Shown one piece after another: positions 11,644 to 25,065 of a DNA stretch of 64,000 nt. The translations under genes were made by a program, and so were the position numbers. Source of the DNA: Octopus bimaculoides (Eukaryota); assembly GCF_001194135.2 (NCBI RefSeq), contig NC_068984.1, forward strand, positions 62,580,191 to 62,644,190, given 5' to 3'. The notes under the pieces were generated by a model, which did no database searches, was not told the DNA's origin, and was given only the letters and a program-made list of their open reading frames with translations. The stretch's first letter is position 1. Each line of letters opens with the position of its first letter.

Positions 11644-14600
11644 CAGGTTACTTATGAGACTCTCATAAGTGCTACTGGTAACATGGAACCCAGTACAACT
11701 TGTTGCACGTTCGGCATTGTCGGCGACTAAAGAGGCACCCCCACTAGGCTACCCTGGTGAGGAGGGTTGCTAGAAATCCAGCAGGATTAAAAAAAGACCT
11801 GTTGACAGGTCGGATGTACCTACTGCAGGCTCAACGTCTATCTAGCAATAGCACAGGTACGCAGAAATTCTGTGATGGTGTCCGGCGTGCTGAAAGACCA
11901 CTGGGAGTGAGGCACCCGGCAGCTTCTGTTGAAACATGTCTCTAGAAGGTCACTTTGATACAAAACAAGTTATGCGGGGAATGGCATTAGACATTTTGGG
12001 GATCTTTGGTTTGTGCTAGAGATCATGGCGCTCCAACACTCCTGAGCCTGTGGCTCATATTGGCACCAGACATCTTGCTCTGGTTTGTCTCCGAATAATG
12101 TCAATAAAGTGGAGAGGGTCTGTGAGGTGTCGTGCAAGCTTTATTGGACCAAAAACTCTGCACAGGCATTGCTGACCTCTACTCGATATGTGCTGTTTAT
12201 TTTTCACCCTATATATATTTATTATATTTTCAGTATATATGTATCTTTATTTTTAGTATATACTAATTTTATTTGTATTCGGAAGTCCTGCGGCGATAGG
12301 AAAGTGGTGAGGCATGCAGATCTCACGGGTTGGAAGCATGTAGGCGGCGACCCGCACGTTGGCGGCCCATGCTAGATATAAAGTCGTCTCCTTGTCGCCC
12401 AAGACAACGGTAGGATTCGGTTGCTGCATGGGTGTCTAAGCAGCTCCATTTGGAGAGGGTACTGCTCACTCGGAACCCGGGGTGGTTTTAAAAAATGTGA
12501 ACCAAAAATTTCCTGTCTTTCTGTATCTGGTCAGTTTAGCGCGACTGACGCATGTCCACCCTGCGTTCGAAAAACAAAGCGGCTTTTATTTACGAAATCT
12601 AGATGGGACTTGAACATCTCATGTTGGAATGTGCGCACTCTATTGGATAACAAGAGCAATTGTAGGCCTGAAAGACGCACTGCACTTGTTGCTCGCGAGC
12701 TGAACCGCTATAACATTGATATAGCTGCACTTTCAGAGACTTGTATAGAAGGTGATGATCAGCTTGAGGAAGAAGGAGGTGGACACACCTTTTTGTGGAA
12801 GGAGAAGAAGGAGGAGGAACGCAGAGAGGCTGGTGTTGGCTTTGTAGTTCGATCTGATATCCTTAAGAATTTGAAGGAGGCTGCTGTTTCTATAAATGAA
12901 CGTCTAATGACCCTACGACTGCACCTGAAAGGTGAATGGTTTGCTACTCTAATAAGTGCCTATGCACTTGCTTTGACTAGTTGTGATGAAGATAAAACTA
13001 TATTTTATACCCAGCTGAGAGCCATACTTAGGAAAATCCCCAATTCTGATAAAGTCATTCTACTGGGGGATTTCAATACCAGGGTTGGTGCAGACTGGCG
13101 AACATGAAACTCTCTAGGACATTTTGGTGTAGGGGAAATGAATAGCAATGGTCTCCTGCTGCTGGAGGTTTGCGATGAACATGGACTTTACCTTGCAAGT
13201 ACTCATTCTATGCACAAAGGTGATCACACAAAAACGTGTATGCATCCAACGTCTAATGTTTGGCACTTGCTGGATTATGTCATCATCTATGACATCTGTA
13301 ACGACAAATCCTTTTATCGATCGAATGCTGGACAGACCACAGTCTGGTTCGAGCAAAGATCCGGATGATGAGTGAAAGAGTGAAAGAGAGAGGAGTGAAA
13401 GAGAGAGGAGTGAAAGAGAGAGGAGTGAAAGAGAGAGGAGTGAAAGTGAGACGAGTGAAAGAGAGACGAGTGAAAGAGAGACGAGTGGAAGAGAGAAGAG
13501 GGCCAGCCGGCATTCCTCGGCGTCTGAATGTCCAGAAGATATATGTGTTGAGGAATGAGCTTCAGGCTCGCATGTCAAGCACTGAAAATACTGTAGCATG
13601 GGAAGATTTTCGAGACCAGGCTCTTCAATGTGCTGCTGAAACACTGGGATATGCTACTGCCAGACACAGAGACTGGTTTGATGAAAATGATGCTGAAGTT
13701 CAGCGATTATTGGCTGTAAAGCACCATCCCACAATGTATTGCTGCACAGAGTACTTTCAGATGTGCAGTAAAATCTAGCACTTGCCCACTATAGCAGTGT
13801 AAAATCAGTAATGCAGCGATTTCTCAGGAAGATGCAGAAAACTTAGTGGGAGGATCTTGCTCGTGATGTTCAGGGTGCTGCTGATGCAAATGACAGCAAG
13901 AAGGTTTACCATCTTATGAAGCAAGTTTATGGGCCTAAAAGCTCTGCCTCAGCTCTTTCGCTTTCCAAGGAGTCTTCTGCTCTATTTGCTAAAATCAGCA
14001 GAAATCACAGGTCACCTGATTGAACACTTCTCTGAACTCCTCGACCATGTGTCAGTTGTGGATGAAACAGTGATTGATACTATGCAGCAAAGACTTATCA
14101 TTGGCTTCTTTAATTCCATGCTGTCAGTAAATGAGATAATGACATGAATAAGTAAATTGAATTTTGGCAGGGCACCTGGAAAGGATGAGATTTGAGCTGT
14201 GGTCTTGCGATTTGGTGGCGAGTGCATCATTCAATCCCTTCATGAACTTATTAGTGCTGTCTGGAAGGATGGTGTAATGCTTAAGTACTGGAAGGATGCA
14301 ATTATTCTTCCTCTCTATAAAGGAAAAGGAGCCAGAACATTGTGTGGTAACTACAGAGGTATTGCCCTATTATCAGCTGCTGGCAAGGTTCTGACAAATA
14401 TTCTTCTTACCTGCCTGAATGGGTATCTCGTAAATAATGTCCTTCCGATCTGGTGGAGGGACAATGGATATGATATCACAGCAAGACAGATGCAGAAGTG
14501 CTATGAGCAGTATTTGGATCTTATCATTGATTTAACGAAGACCTTTGATACTGTGAATAGGGCCTTGCTATGGAATATACTTGGCAAATTTGGATGTCCG

Positions 14601-15860
14601 GATCACTTTGTATCTATAATTAAATCATTTCATGATAGGATGGGGGCTTAGGTCAGTGTTGGTGGTGGCATGGCAGGACGCAATCCTGTAGAGAATGTTG
14701 TCAAGCAGGGTCAAATCCTTGCACCAACTTTCTTTTCTTTGTACTTTGCTGTTGCTTTTACTCATGCCTTTCTTAAGGTTAGCTCTCTGGGAATATATAT
14801 CAAGTATCGATCTTCTGGCCGCCTCTGTAATCCGCGCCAATTTGCTGCCAGTTCAAAATTTTTCCAGTCTCTTATTCGTGACCTCATTTATGCAGATGAC
14901 TGTGACTTAGTTACTCATACAGTGGATGATTTTGCAAATACTTATGAATCGATTTCTGCTTCTTGCAAGGCACTTGGACTCAGCATTAGCCTGGAAAAGA
15001 CTGTTGTAATGTTACTGCCTGCACCACGAAATCCATATGTGGAACCAGCTATCTTGCTTGAAGGAACAATTCTGAAATTGGTTGACAAGTTTGCTCCCTA
15101 GATGATAAAATGTCTTTCAAGATTCAGAGATCAACTGATTCCTTCCGGTCTATTCAGTCCCGAGTCTGGTCCCAGCATGGCATCAGAAAGCAAGCACAAA
15201 TTTCTGTATACCGTGCATGTGTACTGATATTGCTCCTTTACTCGTGTATTACATAGACCCTTTACAAATGTCATGTAAGAGTCCTTGAACGCGTTCATCA
15301 GAGATGTCTCAGACACATTCTGAATGTTAGCTGTACCGTGAAAACTCCAGACACACAGGTCCTGAGGACAGCTGATATTTTGAGTATTGAGGCGATGGTG
15401 CACAAGCACCGGTTATGTTGGATTGGGCACCTTATTAGAATGAAGGATGGCAGGATCCCTAAGCAGATGCTATATGAGGAACTTGTAAATGGAAAGTGAC
15501 CCCGGTAGAAACCAAGGCTGCGGTTTAAGGACTGTGTCAAGTCCTCATTGAAGGCCTGTGGAGGGAGAGCAATGCCTGTCATCGCCACAGATGGCGGAAG
15601 CAGGTTAAGGAGGCGGTCGGCACATTTTAGAGAGCACGTATTCTGCATGAAAGACTTAAGCGTACGGCTCGAAAGCGCATTGCTGGTGTAGTGAATGGGG
15701 AAAGCTTGGTTTGCAATGCTTGCAGTCGTGTTTGCTTGTCAAGAGCAGGGCTCACTAGCTACTAACGGAGCCCTAAATGCAAAATATAAGCTAATCCTAG
15801 AGGACACAATGTTCCTGAAGTTTAGCGATGGTCTTCCTCGGTCACGAGTGGACGGCCATC
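11644..15860 (+). mobile_element. Full-length RTE (BovB-like) LINE, inactivated; ~29-bp target-site duplication
   Basis: APE domain (SCWNVRTLLD...DIAALSET...ILLGDFNTRVG, 12421-13107); RT (KGARTLCGNYRGIALLS...DLTKTFDTVNR...VKQGQILAP...YADDCDL, 14199-15101); C-terminal LCWIGHLIRM..GRIPKQMLY and C2HC-like motif. Flanks 11615-11643 and 15861-15889 match at 26/29 nt. Multiple stops and frameshifts. Confidence 0.9.
13368..13497 (+). repeat. 15-bp minisatellite (gagtgaaagagagag) x ~8 inside RTE ORF2
   Basis: Visible tandem array translating as (ERGVK)n/(ERRVK)n in frame with downstream PRRLNVQK. Confidence 0.9.
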
Positions 15861-17483
15861 ATATACATACACTGTGTGTTTATGTATATACATACACACA
15901 CTTAATCTTTTCCGCATTAAGTGTGCTGGGATTCTACACGGATTTGAATGAAATTAATTGCCAGTAGACATCATTAATAATTTTATTTAAACCCGCCACT
16001 CAGTATACTAGACAACGGATATAAGCCGATCGTGGTAAATATTCCAATTAGGGGATCGGTTCTCGCCACCTTCCACGGAATATTTTTCTCTAGACTAGCC
16101 GAAAACATTAAGAAATGCATTTCTAATTTCAGATATAGCATTTTAATTAGATTAATTTATTCATGACAACATTATACAAATTACTTTTCTCTATATTAAA
16201 GAAGTTTCTTCTTATGTGATATTGCTTTGATTTCGTTTTTTTCGTATGTTCATCAACGACCATGAGTCCACTATTTTGATTTCTGTTGATTATTTGAAGC
16301 ATACACTAGTAGTGCCAGATGCTTTATTGCCGTGATAAAACAATTTTGTAACGTTAGATTGATAGGAGCTAATGTTAGCCTTAAACAACAGTCATATATG
16401 ATTTTATTCAAACTTTGCTACGTGTGCGCTTGCCATCAACTTCATCTAAACTAACAATCATTTTATAATCGCAACACGATTCTTGATGAATGTGTATTTG
16501 CAACATACTCTGGCTAGATTCTTGAAGACAAAATTTTGTAGAGTGATGTGGGATACTATTAAAATTTATTACAAACGAAAGGGTCTCTAAGCGATCAGTC
16601 CACGTGCTGGAAATGATAAATAACTGTTCTTACCTTCCTTCTTTATAAGAGGAGATGAATGATTATTTAACATATGTTATTATAGTAAATCCCGATTGAC
16701 ATTGAACATATAGCCAAAGCTTTCGTGTACTTTCTATCTGCGATAAATTTTCCTATTTGGCGCATTGATAAAATATGCATTATCACTCAAAAATGCTGTA
16801 TCACTTATATGCAAATGACGCTGGGATGCTTTTTCTATTAAAAACGGATTATATGTGCATTTTGTTCTTTGAGATATTTAAATTTTCCATACAATAAATA
16901 AATAAAGGAAAGCAAGCAATCATTTGGGAATTTTAAGATCTATTTTTAATGGAGGGTAGAGACATACAACAAATAGAAAATTACTTGAGGAAATCCAAAG
17001 TATACTAGAGGAATTATAATTTGTATTCATAAAATTTTGAAATAAGCCAAAAGGATTTTCTTAACAATATAGTTTAAACAAAAGGAAATAAATTTTATGA
17101 GACACAGCCCGAAAATACAGATACATGAGTATAATAAAAAATGGCTAAAGATGTAATGACGTATAGAATATGAAGGTAACTTTCAAAATATCTATTAATC
17201 TCAGAGCAAAAAGAAAAAGAACAATTACACAGAAAACTTCGATCAATTTTCAGTATACTTTTAGACAGCGTTCTTTGTATAAAATTTGAGTTATTATACC
17301 AATAAACAAGAAGTACAATGGATTTTGAAATGGTCTAATAAAATAGCAACGAACTTTTTTTTCTGTCCAATGTTAAATTCAATATTCTCAAATTTCGATG
17401 CCAGAATAAACGTGGGTAACACGCGCATACAAAAACAAATGCCGCACAGAGATATATATGTATATAGCTGCATATATATAAAA

Positions 17484-17531
<48 letters not shown>

Positions 17532-17544
17532 ACACACACACACA

Positions 17545-17679
17545 TATACGACGGGCTTCTTTCAATTTCCATCTACCAAACAAATCCACACACAAGGCTT
17601 TTGTCGGCCCGAGGCAATAGTAGAAGACACTTGTCCAAGGTGTCACGCAGTGTGACTGAAACTGGAAACATGTGGTTGG
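17545..17679 (-). mobile_element. tRNA-derived SINE (family B), runs into a gap
   Basis: Reverse complement of the ccttgg(g/a)caagtgtcttctactat(a/t)gcctcgggccgac...gtagacggaaactgaaagaagcccgtcg family also seen at 24785, 50361 and 58980. Confidence 0.85.
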
Positions 17680-18315
17680 NNNNNNNNNNNNNNNNNNNNN
17701 NNNNNNNNNNNNNNNNNNNNNNNNNNNNNNNNNNNNNNNNNNNNNNNNNNNNNNNNNNNNNNNNNNNNNNNNNNNNNNNNNNNNNNNNNNNNNNNNNNNN
17801 NNNNNNNNNNNNNNNNNNNNNNNNNNNNNNNNNNNNNNNNNNNNNNNNNNNNNNNNNNNNNNNNNNNNNNNNNNNNNNNNNNNNNNNNNNNNNNNNNNNN
17901 NNNNNNNNNNNNNNNNNNNNNNNNNNNNNNNNNNNNNNNNNNNNNNNNNNNNNNNNTATATATTTATATATATATATTTATATATTAGAAGGTTTGGAGG
18001 TGATGTTATTCATTATTAGACTTAATGCTTCTAATCATATTAGTGAAATTCATTTTTGTTGTATTTTACAAGGGTTTTCATTATGAGCTTATCTGTTTAC
18101 ATAACGAAATATAACACACTTCATGAGTTGTTTTATTAATTTTAATACGTGTGCTATCTGAGGTATCTGTTTACTTCTGATTTTCTTGTACTATTCTATT
18201 CTTTTCATTTAGTTTGCTGGAAATGAAAACAATGCAAAATTGTTTTAATTTGGAGATCATATGCATGTATATAGGCGTATGTTAGTATATTGGGGTATAT
18301 CAAATAATCATTAAG

Positions 18316-18404
18316 TCTTATGATCCGAACAAAATCCTGAACCAATTCCAGCCAACGGCGTCATGCATGACAATGATGGCCAACTATCAAGGGGTTTATT
18401 ACCA
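18316..18404 (+). CDS. Candidate internal exon, product unknown (SYDPNKILNQFQPTASCMTMMANYQGVYY; or, from acceptor 18351, NGVMHDNDGQLSRGLLP)
   Basis: Strong donor CA|gtaagt, open frame, GC-richer than flanks; acceptor is ambiguous. Confidence 0.25.
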
Positions 18405-18784
18405 GTAAGTAGTTTACAGAAGAGCGTCAGACACTGACACGCTTTATATGGTGTTTTATTTTAATTTATTGTATATTTTCTCAGTTATTTCCTGTTCGTA
18501 TTCCCACTCTAGAAAATTAATCTATTCCTTGCCATCGTCCTTCCTCTTCAGTGTATTTTATATAGGACTGCTATCAATATGGTCTAGTTAAGCTTAAGAG
18601 CGAAGGATCGTTTAAGTAACGAGAAACCGAGTTATATCACCTGAAGAGACGCTTCTGCACTGTGAGGTGCATTGGAATTCATTGCATAGTTTCCCACTCA
18701 TGAGGGAGCCGTGTAGGATTTGTTGAAACAATTGTTCTGATCAATAAAGCTTCCTGTGTACTCTAGCTTCCGTATCAGTTGTTT

Positions 18785-18891
<107 letters not shown>

Positions 18892-20462
18892 TATATATGC
18901 AACATATATATTGACATAATTGTCATATTGTAATTAATCAATATTCCCTGAAAAAAGATTTAAGANNNNNNNNNNNNNNNNNNNNNNNNNNNNNNNNNNN
19001 NNNNNNNNNNNNNNNNNNNNNNNNNNNNNNNNNNNNNNNNNNNNNNNNNNNNNNNNNNNNNNNNNNNNNNNNNNNNNNNNNNNNNNNNNNNNNNNNNNNN
19101 NNNNNNNNNNNNNNNNNNNNNNNNNNNNNNNNNNNNNNNNNNNNNNNNNNNNNNNNNNNNNNNNNNNNNNNNNNNNNNNNNNNNNNNNNNNNNNNNNNNN
19201 NNNNNNNNNNNNNNNNNNNNNNNNNNNNNNNNNNNNNNNNNNNNNNNNNNNNNNNNNNNNNNNNNNNNNNNNNNNNNNNNNNNNNNNNNNNNNNNNNNNN
19301 NNNNNNNNNNNNNNNNNNNNNNNNNNNNNNNNNNNNNNNNNNNNNNNNNNNNNNNNNNNNNNNNNNNNNNNNNNNNNNNNNNNNNNNNNNNNNNNNNNNN
19401 NNNNNNNNNNNNNNNNNNNNNNNNNNNNNNNNNNNNNNNNNNNNNNNNNNNNNNNNNNNNNNNNNNNNNNNNNNNNNNNNNNNNNNNNNNNNNNNNNNNN
19501 NNNNNNNNNNNNNNNNNNNNNNNNNNNNNNNNNNNNNNNNNNNNNNNNNNNNNNNNNNNNNNNNNNNNNNNNNNNNNNNNNNNNNNNNNNNNNNNNNNNN
19601 NNNNNNNNNNNNNNNNNNNNNNNNNNNNNNNNNNNNNNNNNNNNNNNNNNNATATATATATATATATGTATGTATGTATGTATATATACGTATATATGTG
19701 TGCATGTGAGTGTTAATGTGTATGTTGATGTACAAGTGCTAAATACCTTTCTAACTGCTTCGACATTAACGGCGATGCAATCCATGTAAATTCGCAATTA
19801 CAATATCGTAACTGGAATGTCCGTATCTAGGGGTGGGTTAAGGTTTACTGACAAGCATAAAGAAAGTAAGCAAAGGTCTTTTAATTACAGGATTTAAAAC
19901 AACATGAATCATTAAATGATATATTTTTCAGGTGAATTTATGAAAGTATCTTAAGCATTTTAATCTATTTTCCATACGTTGATATGATAACTGGAAGTTT
20001 CTATTGCATTTGCTGCCTGTCAAAATGTTCATAACCATACCCAATAACGCATGTAAGCCCTAATATTCTGAAGTAGGTTTTGTAAAGTAATGCATACGTA
20101 TTCGTTTGACCAATAAGACTGGATTTTTAATCAAGCTTTCAAGCAGAAAGATTCGATGAGGTATCTGTTTTATGGGATATACATTATTAGTATTGTAAAT
20201 ATAAATATAAATTCCAGTATTGATCGTTTCATATTTACCTGTTATTTCATTCGTCGTATTTATTTAAATTACCTCTTAGGAAAATTTCTATCTATATAGT
20301 TTAGAATAGGCCAAGGAAATAGTTTTTGTGTCCTTTCCAAAGGTATATTCGAAACAATGAATAATTCTTTAAGCCAGAATGAATGCATCTTATCAAGAGT
20401 AAATTCTGTTCTAAAAGTTCTAGTTTTATAAATTAAACTTACTTTTTCTTCTCTGTTACTAG

Positions 20463-20543
20463 ATTATAGTACCAAAGGGGAAAATTTTCGATTGTTTCGA
20501 CAGAGGAACAGCTGATATAATTGCTAAGTATTACAAGAGATGG
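20463..20543 (+). CDS. Candidate internal exon, product unknown (IIVPKGKIFDCFDRGTADIIAKYYKRW)
   Basis: Good polypyrimidine acceptor (cttactttttcttctctgttactag), open frame, moderate donor TGG|gtgtat. Confidence 0.25.
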
Positions 20544-22094
20544 GTGTATAGAGTAAAAGTTTTTTCACATTTACTTTGTTAAAGCTCGTATTGATGTTTC
20601 AGATCAGAATATGTATACAATTAGACAGATCAGAAAAGATTCTTTGCAAATAGGCCAGGCTGTTCAGGAAAAGGGACAACAACTCCTAAAATATATGACA
20701 GGATATTTGTTATATTTTACATACATTTCTCGCCCATTACGATTCTACATAAAGCAGATAAAATCTATGACTATATTTTATGCACGTTTTTGCCTGTAAT
20801 TCTACATAATCTTGAAAGCCATTATGGTAGTCAAACATCTGCCATTTGTATCCTGAGTTCTTTTAAATGTGTATGTCCTAGATTTTTGAAAATGTACCCA
20901 GTGTCTATTAGGAAACAAACACCTGACACATAATAATGTGAAAAATAGCTTCTAATCGGAGGTAGTATAAAATAAAATAGATATGATAAATGAACTGACA
21001 TGAAAATCAGAAAATATCTAGCCTTGTTAAAATTTGTCAGTGCCATTTTTGTACCTAAGTGAATAACAAAATCGCTTGTTAGGCATTAAATGAATTTAAA
21101 GCTCTTTACGGCCATGTGTATGGGTTTGTGTGTGTATATCGAGGGACCTGCATTCACGTTCATCAAAGCAAATACAGGGTGAAAAAGCGGTGTTTGTTTT
21201 TGTGTTCTGTGAATTAGCCGTGCGATAAATAGTTATCACAAAATAATTATGAACCATAAAAATTACAAGCGCTGGGGAATTATGAAGGCTAAACCTCCCT
21301 TCAAATAGGCGTTCGAGCTTGTATTTAGTCTAGTAACCAAAATAATGATGAAAACGTGTTTATAAAACAACTTCCGTGGTTTCTGCTTATTATCGTTCTC
21401 TAGAAACCATGTTATATTTCTAAATTTGAATTATTTTAATTTCTACCATACCATGAATTGTGTGACACGTCTTTCTCAATGATTTCTCTTGCGTCATTAA
21501 ATATAAACCAAGGTGTTTGATCAGCTGATTATTACGAGAACAATATTTCACAGACAGTATTTTATTGAACTCAGATGTTTGGAATGCAAAAACATATCGA
21601 TGAGATTTGAATTCAGAAAATGGAAGGAGATAATTTGCTCTCGTGATTTGCCATCACTCCCCAGCATATGTTGACAATACTACTTCATAAAATAAAGGCA
21701 CAATGTTTCAATAGAAATTTTGTGGTGCATGGTGGAAGCTATCAATTATATTGTTTTCAGCACACGTTTTGAATTATGCCATACTGAGACTAAGAATTTA
21801 AAATGTGCACTCTAATACGGCAAGGATCTTTTGTTCGTCATTCTAGCGATTCTGCTAACAGAGCGCCACTGATATTTAAAATAAGTTAAAACTAAAAAAT
21901 ATTCCTGAAAAAAATGAGAAAAATATTTCAACTAAGATTGGAAAGGAACCTGGGAAAATGTTGAAAATCCTACGGTGTTCCAGATATTTCTCTTTGAAGT
22001 AGTTTAAAGGGAAAAAAACATGCACATTACTACATTTATATACATGCCCTATACACAGATGAAGTATATGCGTGCCTGAGGATTGTTTAATACT

Positions 22095-22450
22095 GTTGGA
22101 CCGCATTCAACGCCGTATCTGAAATGCTATTGGTCCTGATCTATCTTCTAAATTAGATTCACTTTCTCATCATCTTCGTGTGGCTTCCTTGTCTCTTTTC
22201 TATAAGTATTTTCATGGACATTGTTCAGCTGATCTCTTTTCATTCGTTCCTCCTTTAAGAACTTATCAGCGATCAAGTAGACTCGTATCCAATTCTAATC
22301 AATATACTGTGCAACCTCCTAAGTGTTGGAAAGCACTTTACAGTACTAATTTCTTCCCTCGCACCTCTGAACTTTGGAATTCCCTTCCACAGTCTTGTTT
22401 TCTTCTTTAATATGACCACCAGTCTTTTAAGTCTAATGTACATCATCATC
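22095..22450 (+). mobile_element. CR1/L2-group LINE 3' end fragment
   Basis: VASLSLFYKYFHGHCS...NFFPRTSELWNSLP is the characteristic C-terminus of CR1/L2-group ORF2. Confidence 0.8.
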
Positions 22451-23180
22451 TATTGACTTCTGTCTAGCATCCATTTAATTCTAGTAGCTCTCACCTTCTC
22501 AGTGGTCCAAGGAACTTGTCTTGTAATGAGCAAACGCTTTAATATNNNNNNNNNNNNNNNNNNNNNNNNNNNNNNNNNNNNNNNNNNNNNNNNNNNNNNN
22601 NNNNNNNNNNNNNNNNNNNNNNNNNNNNNNNNNNNNNNNNNNNNNNNNNNNNNNNNNNNNNNNNNNNNNNNNNNNNNNNNNNNNNNNNNNNNNNNNNNNN
22701 NNNNNNNNNNNNNNNNNNNNNNNNNNNNNNNNNNNNNNNNNNNNNNNNNNNNNNNNNNNNNNNNNNNNNNNNNNNNNNNNNNNNNNNNNNNNNNNNNNNN
22801 NNNNNNNNNNNNNNNNNNNNNNNNNNNNNNNNNNNNNNNNNNNNNNNNNNNNNNNNNNNNNNNNNNNNNNNNNNNNNNNNNNNNNNNNNNNNNNNNNNNA
22901 ATCATAAATATACAGGGATTAGCATTGAGTTGCTTCTCCAACATACTGAAAATTTAGAAATAGCAGTCAAAGAACTACTGATTCTAAACTACAAATTTTT
23001 CTCTAAATGGATGGCGATATTTATGGCACACATAGAACAAAAAACAGAGTGATTACTAATTGACGATTCCCTGCCCTTATTCTTGTATAATATATATATA
23101 TATATATTGATAGGAAGGACAACAAAAGAAAGAAAGAGACCTCGATATATAAATAGAGGAATTTATCTGTACAAATATGT

Positions 23181-23222
<42 letters not shown>

Positions 23223-23226
23223 CGAC

Positions 23227-23989
23227 TTAAGATATAGGCTGAAATTAGGCAATCAACTTTAATACATACTCATACTATAAGAAATTCGACTTAAAATGCG
23301 TATATATATATATATTAATACTTATCGGCATATATGAATATTAAAATATTTTTATGAATATAAATAAATATAAATAGATAAAAAAATATAAATAAGAATT
23401 TAAAGTGTTTTTTTTTTATATATATCAATGGTATATAAGGTATAAAATACAATTGGAGGAAGTCCCTTTTCTAAGGCCGTTTCCAGAGGAAAAATTAAAA
23501 TACATCTTACAAACCATGCGAACAAAAAATTGTCAAGAATGTGATCTTATGAAGATACCTTTCCTGATGAAAGAGACATTCTCTGCATGGTTTATAGGAT
23601 TTCTATTAACTTTTCTTCTGGGACATGAACTCTGGAAAAGGCCATAGAAAGCGGACTTCCTCAAATTGTATTATATACCTTATATACTATTTATAAATGT
23701 TTAAAAACACATTGAATTCTATGCATCTTTTAATTGAAAGTCTTAACCGCTCTTAATTTTAGTATCCCCAAAATCTTTATCACTGTTTTTTCTCACACTT
23801 CTTTCCATATATATATGGCTTTTAATTACATGCATTTTTATGTATATTTATGTATATATTTATATTTTTTTAATATTTTAATATTCATATATGTCGATAT
23901 GTATTAATATATATACGCATTTTAAGTCGAAGTTTTGACAGTATTAGTATGTATTAAAACTGATTGCCTAATTTGAGTTCTTATCTTAA
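23227..23989. mobile_element. ~760-bp fold-back (MITE-like) element bounded by TTAA; Kolobok-like termini
   Basis: Left arm 23227-~23530 is the reverse complement of right arm ~23580-23989 (e.g. aaattaggcaatca/tgattgcctaattt; ggaggaagtcc...tttccagag/ctctggaaa...ggacttcctc). Right arm carries an extra ~100 bp. Ends read TTAA-GA...TC-TTAA. Confidence 0.75.
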
Positions 23990-24087
23990 TATTTATCTTT
24001 TGTCTTGGGTTCGATCCGAGCACTTCTTAAGCAGTTCTATATATTTCGTAAGAAAGAACAATAATACACACACACACACGCACGCAT

Positions 24088-24170
<83 letters not shown>

Positions 24171-24784
24171 AATAAACACACATACATATATAAATATAAA
24201 TGCATACGAAGCAATGTTTTGCCGGCGTGAGTTATATTTTCCTATGAGTTCTTTGCAGTTTCTTTGCATCAGTAAAGTGCCTTAAATCTATCATCTATCA
24301 TCAACCTTTCTAGATTTTTATAGTCTCGATTTCATGATAAAATGTTGTTGCGGGAGTTGCAGCCTCTTTTATATTTGGCAGGATTAATGTGTTTCATAAC
24401 AATATCAATGCTTGGATTTGAAATTTCGCCGTTATCTATACATCAGTAGTCAGGCTTTCTTTTTGTTTTGACAAATGAATCCGGTCTCTATTTCTTTTAG
24501 TGTTATACTGTGATATGAATACTGTTTCTATCATCAATCTTGATAGAATGTGATACAAAACATAAGCGTACGATATTCACAGGATACGTGGGTGATATAT
24601 CCGTTACAATTAACACAATTCATGCTGTCGAAAATATAAGGGAAGACGTAGAAAACAATACTCGCTGAAATTCCATAACCATACATATACATATAAAACT
24701 CCAAGTAATATTATTTTAGGTATAGATAAACAACAAGAAATGAACAACCATTTACAACAATGATATCAATTGAAAATGCACATA

Positions 24785-25065
24785 GGTGGAAGCGTGACTG
24801 TGTGGTAAGAATCTTGCTTCCCGACCACGCAATTCCGGGTTCAGATCCTGCGTGGCGCCTTGCACAAGTGTCTATAGCCTCGGGCCGTTCAAAACCTTGT
24901 GAGTAGTTTTGGCAGACGGAACCTGAAAGAAGTCGGTCGAATATATATGTTTGTATGCGTGTGTGTGTGCGTGCGTGTGTGTTGTGTATGTGTGTGTTTG
25001 TGTGCGTGCGTGTGTTTTTTTGTGCGTGTGTGTTTGTGTGGTCGTGTCTGTGTATTTGACCTCCA
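24785..25065 (+). mobile_element. tRNA-derived SINE (family B)
   Basis: gtgactgtgtggtaagaatcttgcttcccgaccacg...ccgggttcag...tagcctcgggccg... followed by (GT)n. Confidence 0.85.

Noticed and set aside
23405-23647. 80-aa ORF with a hydrophobic end, and a CTGATGA at ~23563
   Set aside because: It lies across the axis of a fold-back repeat; there is no GAAA or stems after CTGATGA, so not a hammerhead.
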